A DNA stretch of 64,000 nucleotides from an uncultured Aminicenantes bacterium (GTDB lineage: Bacteria; Acidobacteriota; Aminicenantia; UBA2199): positions 18,967 to 82,966 of the forward strand of contig CBDAFS010000030.1 of assembly GCA_965195285.1 (NCBI GenBank), in the 5' to 3' direction. Positions 8,971 through 17,206 of this stretch are shown in pieces (the first letter of the stretch is position 1; each line of letters starts with the position of its first letter). The position numbers and the translations under genes were made by a program. A model generated the notes under the pieces. That model worked only from the letters and a program-made list of their open reading frames with translations. It was not told the DNA's origin and made no database searches.

Positions 8971-11094
8971 TTATCTCTTGATTGAATCTTGCACGGCAAA
9001 AGTAGCCAGAGATGAAGCATAGAGTTCGTCGAAAGGAATGGGAGAGTGAGAACCGGTTTGGATGGCATTGAAGAAAGCCAATAATTCCTGTTGATGACCC
9101 CGATCCGGTCGTCTCAGCCTGAAAGAAGAGATTTTATTACCGTAAATCTTCATGGATTTGAAATCATTGATGGTCACCGATTGTCCGCTGCAGAAAATTT
9201 CCAAGTATTCGGCCGGCAACCGTCTATGTCCGTTGGAATAGTAGCTGATGGTGGCGATGCTGCCATTGTCAAAACCCAGGCTGATCACCAAGGTATCCTG
9301 AAGGTGAGCCGGATCTCTCAGGCTCTTGGCCGAAATGGATGAGACCTCGCCACCGGACAGGAAGATGACCAGATCCACAAACTGACACACTTCACTGATG
9401 ATTACCCCGCCACCGGTTTCGGGATCATGCACCCAATGGTCTTTGGGAAATTTTTCGCCATTGATCCGGTAATTGATAGCCTTTGGTTTTTCCGGAGGAA
9501 ACAGTTCTTTTGCCTTTTGAATAAAGGGAGCAAAGCGGCGGTTAAAACCTGCCATCAGAACAGGAAGCGGCTGGCTGCGGTTGACCAATAGCCGGTGGGT
9601 TTCCCAGATGCGTTTCAGGTCATCCTTGGTCATGGCCAAAGGCTTTTCTACAAATACATGCTTGCTCATGGTCAGGGCCTTGACAACAAATTCCGCATGG
9701 AGATCGTTTCGGGTGGTGATAAATACCGTGTTGATACGGTCATCGGCAATGATCTCATCGGCATTGCCGGTACTGTAGGCAAAGCCGTATTTGTCAGCTA
9801 CCTGGCGGGCATTGTGGCTTCGGGCCGTAATCACCCCCACCAGATTGCAGTGTTTCCGGATAAACGGTAAAATCGTTTTGCGGGCAAATCCTCCGGCACC
9901 GACAAATCCCACGGCCGGATCGACCGGGTCGGTTGGTTTTTCCTTTAAGGTTACTTTTTTGGAAAGTTCCTTTTCGCTGTCATAATCAATCACCACGCCG
10001 CAAAAAGGCTCGGACCGGCTGAGGATCATGGTGTAGATCTCCGGGGTATCCACCAGGGGAACCGTATGGGAAATCAATTGATCCACCTGTAATTTCTTAT
10101 TATTCAACAATTCAATATAAGATTGCAGATTGCGGTTTTCGGTCCAGCGCACATAGCCGATGGGATAATCCTTTCCCCTTATTTCATAAAAGGGATCTTG
10201 GCTGCCGGGTCCGTAGCCGCAGGACATACGCAAATCCAACTCTTTACGGAAATAGGGTTTACGGTCAAAACCGGTGGCTACTTTTCCGATCACCACCACT
10301 TTTCCTCGCTGGCGACACAATAGCCCGGCCAGATTCACCGGATCGGTGGTGGTGGAATCCGCAGCGATAATGACCGCATCCACCCCGTTTCCCTGAGAAA
10401 TTTCGGAAACGATGTTTTCCAATTCCGGATCAAGGAAATTCAGGGCAGTTATGGTTTTCAAGCCGGCCAACCCATTTACCCGGGCTTTATCACTGTCAAC
10501 TCCTATCACATCCACGCCGGCTGCCTGCAATACCTGGATGACCAGCCGGCCGATCAACCCCAGTCCGATCACCACCGCCTTCTCGCTCAGGCGCAGATCA
10601 GCCTGGCGCACCCCCTGAATGGCAATAGCGGCAATCCCCGCAAAGGCAGCCTGTTTCAAATCGTTTTTCCCGGGGATCTTCACACAGAGGTTCCGGTTGA
10701 CTGCCACCACATCGGCATGCCATGCCCCTTTTCCTGCACAGGCCACTTGATCACCGATTTTGATGTCATTGACCTCGTTGCTGACCGCAATGACTTCTCC
10801 GGAGCAGCTGTTGCCCAGGGTGGAAGATGCTTCAAGCTTGTTCATGACCATACGGTAGGTATCGGCCAAACCGCTCTTCTTGATCTGTTCAATAACCTGA
10901 CTGACCTCGTTTTTTCGGGATATGGCCCGGGCAATATATCCCCCCCGGGCCGCCTTGACCATGTTGCCCTCTTCTCCGCCGCTGATTACCGAATAGTGGT
11001 TTCTCACCAACACCTGGCCCCGGCCTAATACCGGAAAGGGAACTTCCAGAATCCGTATGACACCCTTCATTTTTGTGTAAGTTAGTTGTTGCAC
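8971..11094 (-). CDS. Bi-domain oxidoreductase (Zn-ADH/MDR + Gfo/Idh/MocA), polysaccharide biosynthesis
   Basis: VIGLGLIG, YG PG..D..YE..G.DYP..YVRWTE.RN, VGAGGFA, HVFVEKPLA, GFNRRF. GTG start. Confidence 0.85.
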   Translation of the reverse strand: MQQLTYTKMKGVIRILEVPFPVLGRGQVLVRNHYSVISGGEEGNMVKAARGGYIARAISRKNEVSQVIEQIKKSGLADTYRMVMNKLEASSTLGNSCSGEVIAVSNEVNDIKIGDQVACAGKGAWHADVVAVNRNLCVKIPGKNDLKQAAFAGIAAIAIQGVRQADLRLSEKAVVIGLGLIGRLVIQVLQAAGVDVIGVDSDKARVNGLAGLKTITALNFLDPELENIVSEISQGNGVDAVIIAADSTTTDPVNLAGLLCRQRGKVVVIGKVATGFDRKPYFRKELDLRMSCGYGPGSQDPFYEIRGKDYPIGYVRWTENRNLQSYIELLNNKKLQVDQLISHTVPLVDTPEIYTMILSRSEPFCGVVIDYDSEKELSKKVTLKEKPTDPVDPAVGFVGAGGFARKTILPFIRKHCNLVGVITARSHNARQVADKYGFAYSTGNADEIIADDRINTVFITTRNDLHAEFVVKALTMSKHVFVEKPLAMTKDDLKRIWETHRLLVNRSQPLPVLMAGFNRRFAPFIQKAKELFPPEKPKAINYRINGEKFPKDHWVHDPETGGGVIISEVCQFVDLVIFLSGGEVSSISAKSLRDPAHLQDTLVISLGFDNGSIATISYYSNGHRRLPAEYLEIFCSGQSVTINDFKSMKIYGNKISSFRLRRPDRGHQQELLAFFNAIQTGSHSPIPFDELYASSLATFAVQDSIKR

Positions 11095-11113
11095 AGGTAA
11101 TCTCTCATTTCTT

Positions 11114-11181
11114 TAGTAAGTAGTAGGTAGTAAAAAGTAGGTAGTAAGAAGTAGGTAGTAAGAAGTAAGTAGTAAGAAGTA
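11114..11181. repeat. Heptamer arm (AGTAAGA/AGTAGGT family), left arm of cassette 2
   Basis: tagtaag tagtagg tagtaaa aagtagg tagtaag aagtagg tagtaag aagtaag tagtaag. Confidence 0.92.
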
Positions 11182-11211
11182 AAAAAATAAACGATTTTCT
11201 GAAGACAATAT

Positions 11212-11601
11212 TTACTCCGTAATAATGCAAAACTTTTCAGGCTTATTTATCATTCCAAAAAGAATTCTTCCGAGTTCCTGATATTTTTCATACAATTTCG
11301 TATGCTTTTCTTCCTGAAGATATCCATGTTTGAAAGCAAAATCCAGCCATACTTCTGTCTCACTTGCTTCTCCGATCGAATCGGTTAATTTTAAAACAAA
11401 AGATTTCGGATATCTTCGCTTCGCCCATGCTTCAGTAATGTTAGCGGAAACAGATCGTGATGATCTTCTGATCTGATCAATTAAAGAATATTTTTCTTCT
11501 TTTGGAAAAGTTTTACTGATGTTGAAGATTTCAACCGCTAGATCAAAACTCAACTGATATGCAATCAGATCTCTGTAACCCCGATACATAGTTTTTTCCA
11601 T
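11212..11601 (-). CDS. Four helix bundle protein (S23/23S rRNA IVP family, bAvd-like)
   Basis: YRDL..YQ, FPKEEKYSL.DQIRRSSRSV.ANI.E, GE..ET..WL.FA...GYL. Confidence 0.92.
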   Translation of the reverse strand: MEKTMYRGYRDLIAYQLSFDLAVEIFNISKTFPKEEKYSLIDQIRRSSRSVSANITEAWAKRRYPKSFVLKLTDSIGEASETEVWLDFAFKHGYLQEEKHTKLYEKYQELGRILFGMINKPEKFCIITE

Positions 11602-11605
11602 TATG

Positions 11606-11705
11606 TACTTCTCACTCCCTACTCCTTACTTCTTACTTCTTACTTCTTACTTCTTACTCCTTACTTCTTATTGTTTTTTTTCTACTTACTATATACTACA
11701 TACTA
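11606..11705. repeat. Inverted heptamer arm (TCTTACT family), right arm of cassette 2
   Basis: ccttact tcttact tcttact tcttact tcttact ccttact, the reverse complement of the left-arm family. Confidence 0.92.
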
Positions 11706-12857
11706 GATTTTATAAAATTCTTTATACCATTCCACAAATTTTCGAATTCCCTCTTCCACCGGGGTATCCGGCCTGTATCCGGTATCCTTTTCAAGACTGG
11801 TGGTGTCAGCCCAGGTTTCCAACACATCGCCTTTTTGCAGGGGAAGGAAGTTTTTTTTGGCTTCTTTATTCATGGCCTTTTCAATAGCGGTGATGAATTC
11901 CATCAAGTTTACTGGTTTTCCTCTGCCAATGTTATAGATTTTATACGGGGTGAGGAGCGAGAGGTCGGAGGTGAGGGGCTGGGAGTCTTCGAATGTCGAA
12001 TGATGAATATCGAACGCCGAATTTCGAGTTTTTGATTTTTGATTTACTTCTGAATTCGATATTCGGGATTCGTGATTCGGTGTTCGAAGATTGGGAGTTG
12101 GTGGTCTGTCCATAACCCGGGTGATGCCTTCGATGATGTCATCGATATAGGTGAAATCCCGGCTCATCCGGCCCTGGTTGTAGACATCAATAGGCCGGTT
12201 TTTAATAATGGCCCTGACAAATTTAAAAGCCGCCATGTCCGGCCGACCCCAGGGACCGTATACGGTAAAAAAACGAAGCCCGGTGGTGGGAATTTGGTAG
12301 AGGTGGCTGTAGGCATGGGCCATGAGCTCGCAGCTCTTCTTGCTAGCCGCATACAGAGACATGGGCTGGTCTACCATATCGGCCGTGGTAAAGGGCATTT
12401 TTTGGTTTAGGCCGTATACCGAAGAACTGGAAGCATAGACCAGATGGTTGATCTCATGGTGGCGGCAGGCCTCCAGGATGTTCAGAAAACCTTGGATGTT
12501 GGAGTCCATATAAGCCTGGGGATTTTGCAAAGAATAGCGCACCCCGGCCTGGGCTGCCAGGTGGCAGACCCGGTCGAATGGTTCTTGTTCGAACAGTTCG
12601 GTTATTTTTTCCCGATCCTCCAGGTTTAATTGGATAAACCGGTAATTGTCAAGAGTCTGGCTTTCCACGGGGATTCCATACTGAATTTTCTCCGAATCGA
12701 TTCCGGTGTCCTTCAGCCGGCCGTATTTCAGGTTGACATCATAGTAGTCATTGATATTGTCCAGGCCTATCAGCGTATGACCACTGTTTGCCATCTGTTT
12801 GACCAGGGAATGGCCGATGAATCCGGCGGTTCCAGTTATTAAGATCTTCAAGGTCAA
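11703..12857 (-). CDS. NAD-dependent epimerase (UDP-glucuronate 4-epimerase, WcaG/CapI-like) carrying an internal insertion
   Basis: ITGTAGFIG, HLAAQAGVRYS, YASSSSVYG, YAASKK, GLRFFTVYGPWGRPDMA. TTG start after AGGAG. Confidence 0.92.
   Translation of the reverse strand: MTLKILITGTAGFIGHSLVKQMANSGHTLIGLDNINDYYDVNLKYGRLKDTGIDSEKIQYGIPVESQTLDNYRFIQLNLEDREKITELFEQEPFDRVCHLAAQAGVRYSLQNPQAYMDSNIQGFLNILEACRHHEINHLVYASSSSVYGLNQKMPFTTADMVDQPMSLYAASKKSCELMAHAYSHLYQIPTTGLRFFTVYGPWGRPDMAAFKFVRAIIKNRPIDVYNQGRMSRDFTYIDDIIEGITRVMDRPPTPNLRTPNHESRISNSEVNQKSKTRNSAFDIHHSTFEDSQPLTSDLSLLTPYKIYNIGRGKPVNLMEFITAIEKAMNKEAKKNFLPLQKGDVLETWADTTSLEKDTGYRPDTPVEEGIRKFVEWYKEFYKI
11986..12090. repeat. 105-bp in-frame palindromic heptamer insertion
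   Basis: TCTTCGAA...TTCGAAGA ends, with cgaatgt cgaatga tgaatat cgaacgc facing gatattc gggattc gtgattc ggtgttc. Confidence 0.85.
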
Positions 12858-13084
12858 GGTCTCCTTATATCATAGGTTAAGGTTGAGGTTAAGGTAAAGA
12901 AAAAAACAGAAAATTTTTCCTGATTATCTCTCTTATTCTTTTCCTTTATCTTTACCTCAGTCATCCAATCTTTCCTGCGGCCTTCGGCCGCCTGGGCTTC
13001 CGCCGGTACCCTTTTTCGGGGTTTACCGGGCCAACCAAAAACAGGCTCAAACTCATCAATCTGGCTCATACTGATGATTTTCAT
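12854..13084 (-). CDS. Possible small hypothetical protein
   Basis: ATG downstream of an extended -10, stop overlaps the epimerase start. C-terminus reads through hexamer repeats. Confidence 0.3.
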   Translation of the reverse strand: MKIISMSQIDEFEPVFGWPGKPRKRVPAEAQAAEGRRKDWMTEVKIKEKNKRDNQEKFSVFFFTLTSTLTYDIRRP

Positions 13085-13102
13085 TTATGGCTCAAGTCAG
13101 GA

Positions 13103-13111
13103 ATTATACCA
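13103..13111 (-). promoter_or_regulatory. Extended -10 promoter (TGGTATAAT) heading the polysaccharide locus
   Basis: Perfect TGnTATAAT on the minus strand. Confidence 0.55.
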
Positions 13112-13140
13112 GAAAACAGTAAAATTGAAAGTGAATTCTT

Positions 13141-14109
13141 CTATCTTCTGAATTTTTTTAATTCCCGCTCAAATCCATCAATCATCAGTTTTATTTCATG
13201 GTTCTCAATGGATTCCAGCATAAAACGCCTTACCATCTGGGAAACCGCCACATAATCCATTTCCACCAGTTCCCCGATCTCCCGCAGCCGCAGGTCACTG
13301 TATTTCTTCAAACCATACAGGAACAGCTTTCGGAAGTGGTTGTTTTTGCGCTTTTTGTACAGCAGCTCTCTTTTAACCCTGAAGCGCCGGCATATGATGC
13401 GGGAGATATCTTCGGGTTGGAGCCGCCTCAGACTCTTCAGGGCCGGTTTTTCCCGGATCTCTCCCATTCTCAGGTCAGCCTCTATCTTGCGGGCAATCTT
13501 TCGGCGAAATTTTTCACCGCCTACGATCGACTGCACCCCGTAGAAATCTTCTTTTTTTATCCCCTCATCCTGATTCAGCAGGTCATAGACATACTTGCGG
13601 TAAAATTTCTTTTTGTTATTAAATTCGCTCAGGAGTTCGGCGGTGACCAGCCATAGCGGCCGTTTTTCTCTGCCGATGTAGCGGGCAAAACTGCTCCAGG
13701 GGTAATCTTCGGGTTTTTTAACCTTACCCTCCCGCAACGGGGTCAGGTGGATGTAAGCGCTCAACCTCATCAAATAACCGTTTTTTTCCACCAGAACGGC
13801 CCGGTAGCGGCCCTGGAAAACCGAGCCCTTGACCCCGTACTTGAGCTTGAACCAGTTTGAGTAGCTGGAGTTTAAATGGTGCATACAGCGGGAGAGATTG
13901 CCCTCCGGGGTTTCGATGAGCATGTGGAAACGATCGTCCAGAAGGGTATAGCAGTGGACCTTGAGGTTGAACTTATCCACCACCTCGCCGGTTTTTTCCA
14001 GGAATTTCAGCCGGTCAACCTTTTCATGAAAAATCTTCTCATGCTTGTCTCCCTGGGACATCACATGGTAACAGGCGCCCTTGTACTCTATACGGGGTTG
14101 TCGAGCCAT
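13141..14109 (-). mobile_element. REP-associated tyrosine transposase (RAYT, Y1 HUH family) with C-terminal HTH; HUH motif degenerate
   Basis: MAR.PRI...G..YHV, G.VFQGRY.A.LVE, YIHL.P, PEDY.WSS. Expected N-H-x-H reads D-R-F-H. Confidence 0.85.
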
Positions 14110-14115
14110 TTGAGA

Positions 14116-14144
14116 AATGTATCACAGTAGATTTTAAATGTCAA
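14116..14144 (-). promoter_or_regulatory. Sigma70 promoter of the RAYT gene (probably leaderless)
   Basis: TTGACA-17 bp-TACATT, with the ATG following after 6 nt. Confidence 0.55.
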
Positions 14145-14242
14145 ATGTTAAGACACGTCCCCAAGAGATTTAAAAGAAAAAGTACTCAGGTTGAGGTTAA
14201 GAAAGAAGGTTAAGGTTGAGGTTGAGGAAAAGAAAAAAACCA

Positions 14243-14440
14243 CTGGTCATTAGAACTCTCTGGGGACTTGTCATTATATCTATCAAGTTCTTGTCATTGA
14301 AACCCTCTGATTTTGGTCATTAAGAACTATCATAACATATCATTACAGTTCTCCAGGGTTCTTTATGACGCACGCATTATGTGCTAATGACAAGCTCTCT
14401 ATAGATCTTAATGACACGAGCGAAGCGAGTAAATGACCAG
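14243..14440. repeat. GTCATT/AATGAC periodic palindromic element, copy 1
   Basis: Five (G/A)TCATT then four (A/T)ATGAC at 22-24-nt spacing, CTGGTCATT/AATGACCAG ends. Confidence 0.85.
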
Positions 14441-14544
14441 ATTAGTGATATTCATCTTCAAAACTTCTTATCTTCTGAACTTCTGTCTCCTTAATTCTAA
14501 GGTTAAGGTTAAGAAAAAACTCTGTTTGTTTTTTTTTATCCTGT

Positions 14545-15876
14545 ATGTTACATTTATTTACGAAAAAGAGGAAACTTTCAGTGGAAGCGGAAAAGGAACT
14601 ATATCAACTCAAACAGGAAAACCAGCGGCTGATGCGGGCCCTGGAAGAAGTGTCTATTTTAAACGAGATTGCCATTGCCATCAGCTCCACCCTGTCCCTG
14701 GACCGGATTCTGGACCTGGTGGTGCAGAAGAGCCTTAAACACATGAAGGCCGAACAGGGGGCGGTGCTGTTGCTGGATGAGAACAAAGAGGAAAAACCCT
14801 TCCAGACCATGATCCGGGGCTGGGATACCACCACCGATACCCTGCCCTTCCGTCTGGACACCCAGCTCACCGGCTGGATGCTGAAAAACCGTCAACCCCT
14901 GCGCATCAATGACTTGAAAAAGGATGAGCGCTTCCACCTGGCCGACCCGGAGACCATTCCCATCCGTTCGCTGCTGTGTACGCCCCTAATGTTGAAAGGC
15001 CGCATGATCGGGTTGGTGACCCTGTTTAACAAAAAATCAGAAGAGGAATTCAGCAGTGAAGACCAGCGCATGATCTCTATCATCGCCGCCCAGTCAGCCC
15101 AGATCATTGAAAATGCCCGGCTGCTCAAAGAGGAACAGGAACTGATCAAGATGCAGGAAGAGCTGAGGCTGGCCTTTGAGATTCAGACCAATCTGCTGCC
15201 GGAAAATCCCCCGGCCATAGAGGGATATGACATATTCGGCAAAAGCATCCCGGCCAAGGAAGTGGGGGGGGATTATTTTGATTTTATCCCGGACCGTGAA
15301 ACCCAGCTGGTTTTCTGCCTGGGAGACGTGTCGGGCAAGGGCATGGGAGCGGCCCTGCTCATGGCCAATCTGCAGGCCACCATCCGGGGCCAGTCCCAAC
15401 TTGACCTGTCCATACCCGAATGCATGGGAAACGCCAACCGGCTGCTGTTCCGCAACACCAGCCCTGAGAAATTTGCCACCCTGTTTTACGGCTGGCTGGA
15501 TTACCGGAATCATGAACTCCGTTACTGCAATGCCGGCCATAACCTGCCCATCCTTATGACGGAAAAAAAAGATTTCCAGCTGCTCAGTGAAGGGGGAATC
15601 ATCCTGGGCTGCCTGGAAGCCGTGAGCTTCGAGGAACAGAAAATCCCCATCCGGACCGGAGATATCCTGCTAATCTATTCGGATGGCATCACCGAGGCCC
15701 TGGATGACCATGATCAGGAATTCGGCGAGGCCAGGCTGATGGAGTTGCTGAAGGAAAATATTGCTAAATCCGCCGTAGAGATGATCGACACCATCATTGA
15801 CGGGGTCACCCGTTTCAGCCGGGATGCGCCCCAGACCGATGACATGACCCTGATGATCATCAAACGTATCGGTTAA
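14545..15876 (+). CDS. GAF + PP2C (SpoIIE/RsbU-like) serine phosphatase
   Basis: GAF region, then EVGGDYFD, GDVSGKG, NAGH, YSDGITEA, DDMT. Confidence 0.9.
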   Translation: MLHLFTKKRKLSVEAEKELYQLKQENQRLMRALEEVSILNEIAIAISSTLSLDRILDLVVQKSLKHMKAEQGAVLLLDENKEEKPFQTMIRGWDTTTDTLPFRLDTQLTGWMLKNRQPLRINDLKKDERFHLADPETIPIRSLLCTPLMLKGRMIGLVTLFNKKSEEEFSSEDQRMISIIAAQSAQIIENARLLKEEQELIKMQEELRLAFEIQTNLLPENPPAIEGYDIFGKSIPAKEVGGDYFDFIPDRETQLVFCLGDVSGKGMGAALLMANLQATIRGQSQLDLSIPECMGNANRLLFRNTSPEKFATLFYGWLDYRNHELRYCNAGHNLPILMTEKKDFQLLSEGGIILGCLEAVSFEEQKIPIRTGDILLIYSDGITEALDDHDQEFGEARLMELLKENIAKSAVEMIDTIIDGVTRFSRDAPQTDDMTLMIIKRIG

Positions 15877-15912
15877 ACCAAAGATATTTTTGATATAAAT
15901 GGGGAGGATATC

Positions 15913-16695
15913 ATGTATATGCGTTTGCTTCAATTAAAAATTAAACCCGAAGGCCTTGAACTGGCCCAACATTATTACAAAGACACGGTGGTGCCCCGGT
16001 TACGCACCATGCCGGGATGCCGGTTTGCCCGGCTGATCCAGAACCACTCCGAGCCCAGTGATTTGATATCCATGACCCTGTGGGAACGCCGGCAAGATGC
16101 CGAGGCCTTCCAGCAGAGTCCGGTCTTCAAGCAGATGATGGCCGAGTTTTCCGTATTTTTAGCCGATAGTTCGGTCTGGAAGATACAGTTGAGCCAGAAG
16201 CTGGAACTGGAATACCGGCCCAAAACCCAGGAACCGGTGACCCAGGCCTTCCCGGTATCCACCCAGAAAATCCTGGTCAAGCCGGAAAATTGCGTATCTT
16301 CACCTCTGTTTGTGCGCATTGTCCAGCATAAGATCCAGCCGGGTAAAATGGAAGAATTCCGGAAACTGTACCGGGAAAGCATTATTCCCGTTCTGGAAAA
16401 AACCCGGGGCTGCTGTTCGGCCTATCTGATGGAAAACATGCAGAACGGCGAAGAAGTGGTGTCCATCACCGTCTGGGAAAACCAGCGGGCTGCGGAAGAT
16501 TATGAACAGAGTGGACAGTTTCAGGTATTGATCGACCGGGTCAAACACTGCTACACACGGCTCTTTCAGTGGAAAATGTCTTTGGCCCAAAATGGGGAAA
16601 AGCAGGCCAAGACCAGCGATGATATGCAGGTGGATCATTACACCGTGGTTTCAGGGGAGGAGTTTGGGGATTCACCAACAAAAAACAGGACTTAG
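15913..16695 (+). CDS. Tandem antibiotic-biosynthesis-monooxygenase (ABM) domain protein
   Basis: Two repeats of ...P.L...PG/RGC....L......IS.T.WE....AE.F/Y..S. Confidence 0.75.
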   Translation: MYMRLLQLKIKPEGLELAQHYYKDTVVPRLRTMPGCRFARLIQNHSEPSDLISMTLWERRQDAEAFQQSPVFKQMMAEFSVFLADSSVWKIQLSQKLELEYRPKTQEPVTQAFPVSTQKILVKPENCVSSPLFVRIVQHKIQPGKMEEFRKLYRESIIPVLEKTRGCCSAYLMENMQNGEEVVSITVWENQRAAEDYEQSGQFQVLIDRVKHCYTRLFQWKMSLAQNGEKQAKTSDDMQVDHYTVVSGEEFGDSPTKNRT

Positions 16696-17206
16696 GTTAA
16701 GGTAAAGGTAAAGGTTGAGGTTAAGGTTAAGAAAAAAAATAAAACTATTAAAACCTCCTTAATTTTCATATCTCTTTACCTTTACCTTTGCCTCAACCTT
16801 AGAATTAAGAAGTCAGGAGATAGAAATCCGAAATCCCAAATTCTAAATCCGAAACAAAGAGATTATTAATAAACATTGAATGATGAACACCAAATATTGA
16901 ATGATGAATATCGAATAACGAACACCGAATATCGAAGGAAAGAAATATCTTACAAACCTTGAAATTTGAACATTGAACAAAGAATATCGAATGTCGAAGG
17001 AAAATAATCATCTTAATTAACAGTGAATGATGATCACCGAATGTCGAATCATGAATGTCAAAGTGAAAGATTCATTTTTTTTTACACTTCATCATTCCTT
17101 GTTCGTTATTCATTATTCGAAATTCAAAATTAAATACTATTTTCCTTTACCTTAACTTTTGCCTTTACCTTTACCTTTACCTTTACCTCTACCTTTACCT
17201 TTGCCT
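16693..17206. repeat. Nested repeat mosaic between convergent genes (hexamer arms, AAATCCG heptamers, empty GAATATC cassette)
   Basis: (AGGTWA)n at left, (TTACCT)n at right, heptamer blocks inside. Confidence 0.9.

Noticed and set aside
8462-11601. 23S rRNA intervening sequence or a complete DGR
   Set aside because: No rRNA sequence flanks the four-helix genes, and no reverse transcriptase or TR/VR pair is visible in the window.
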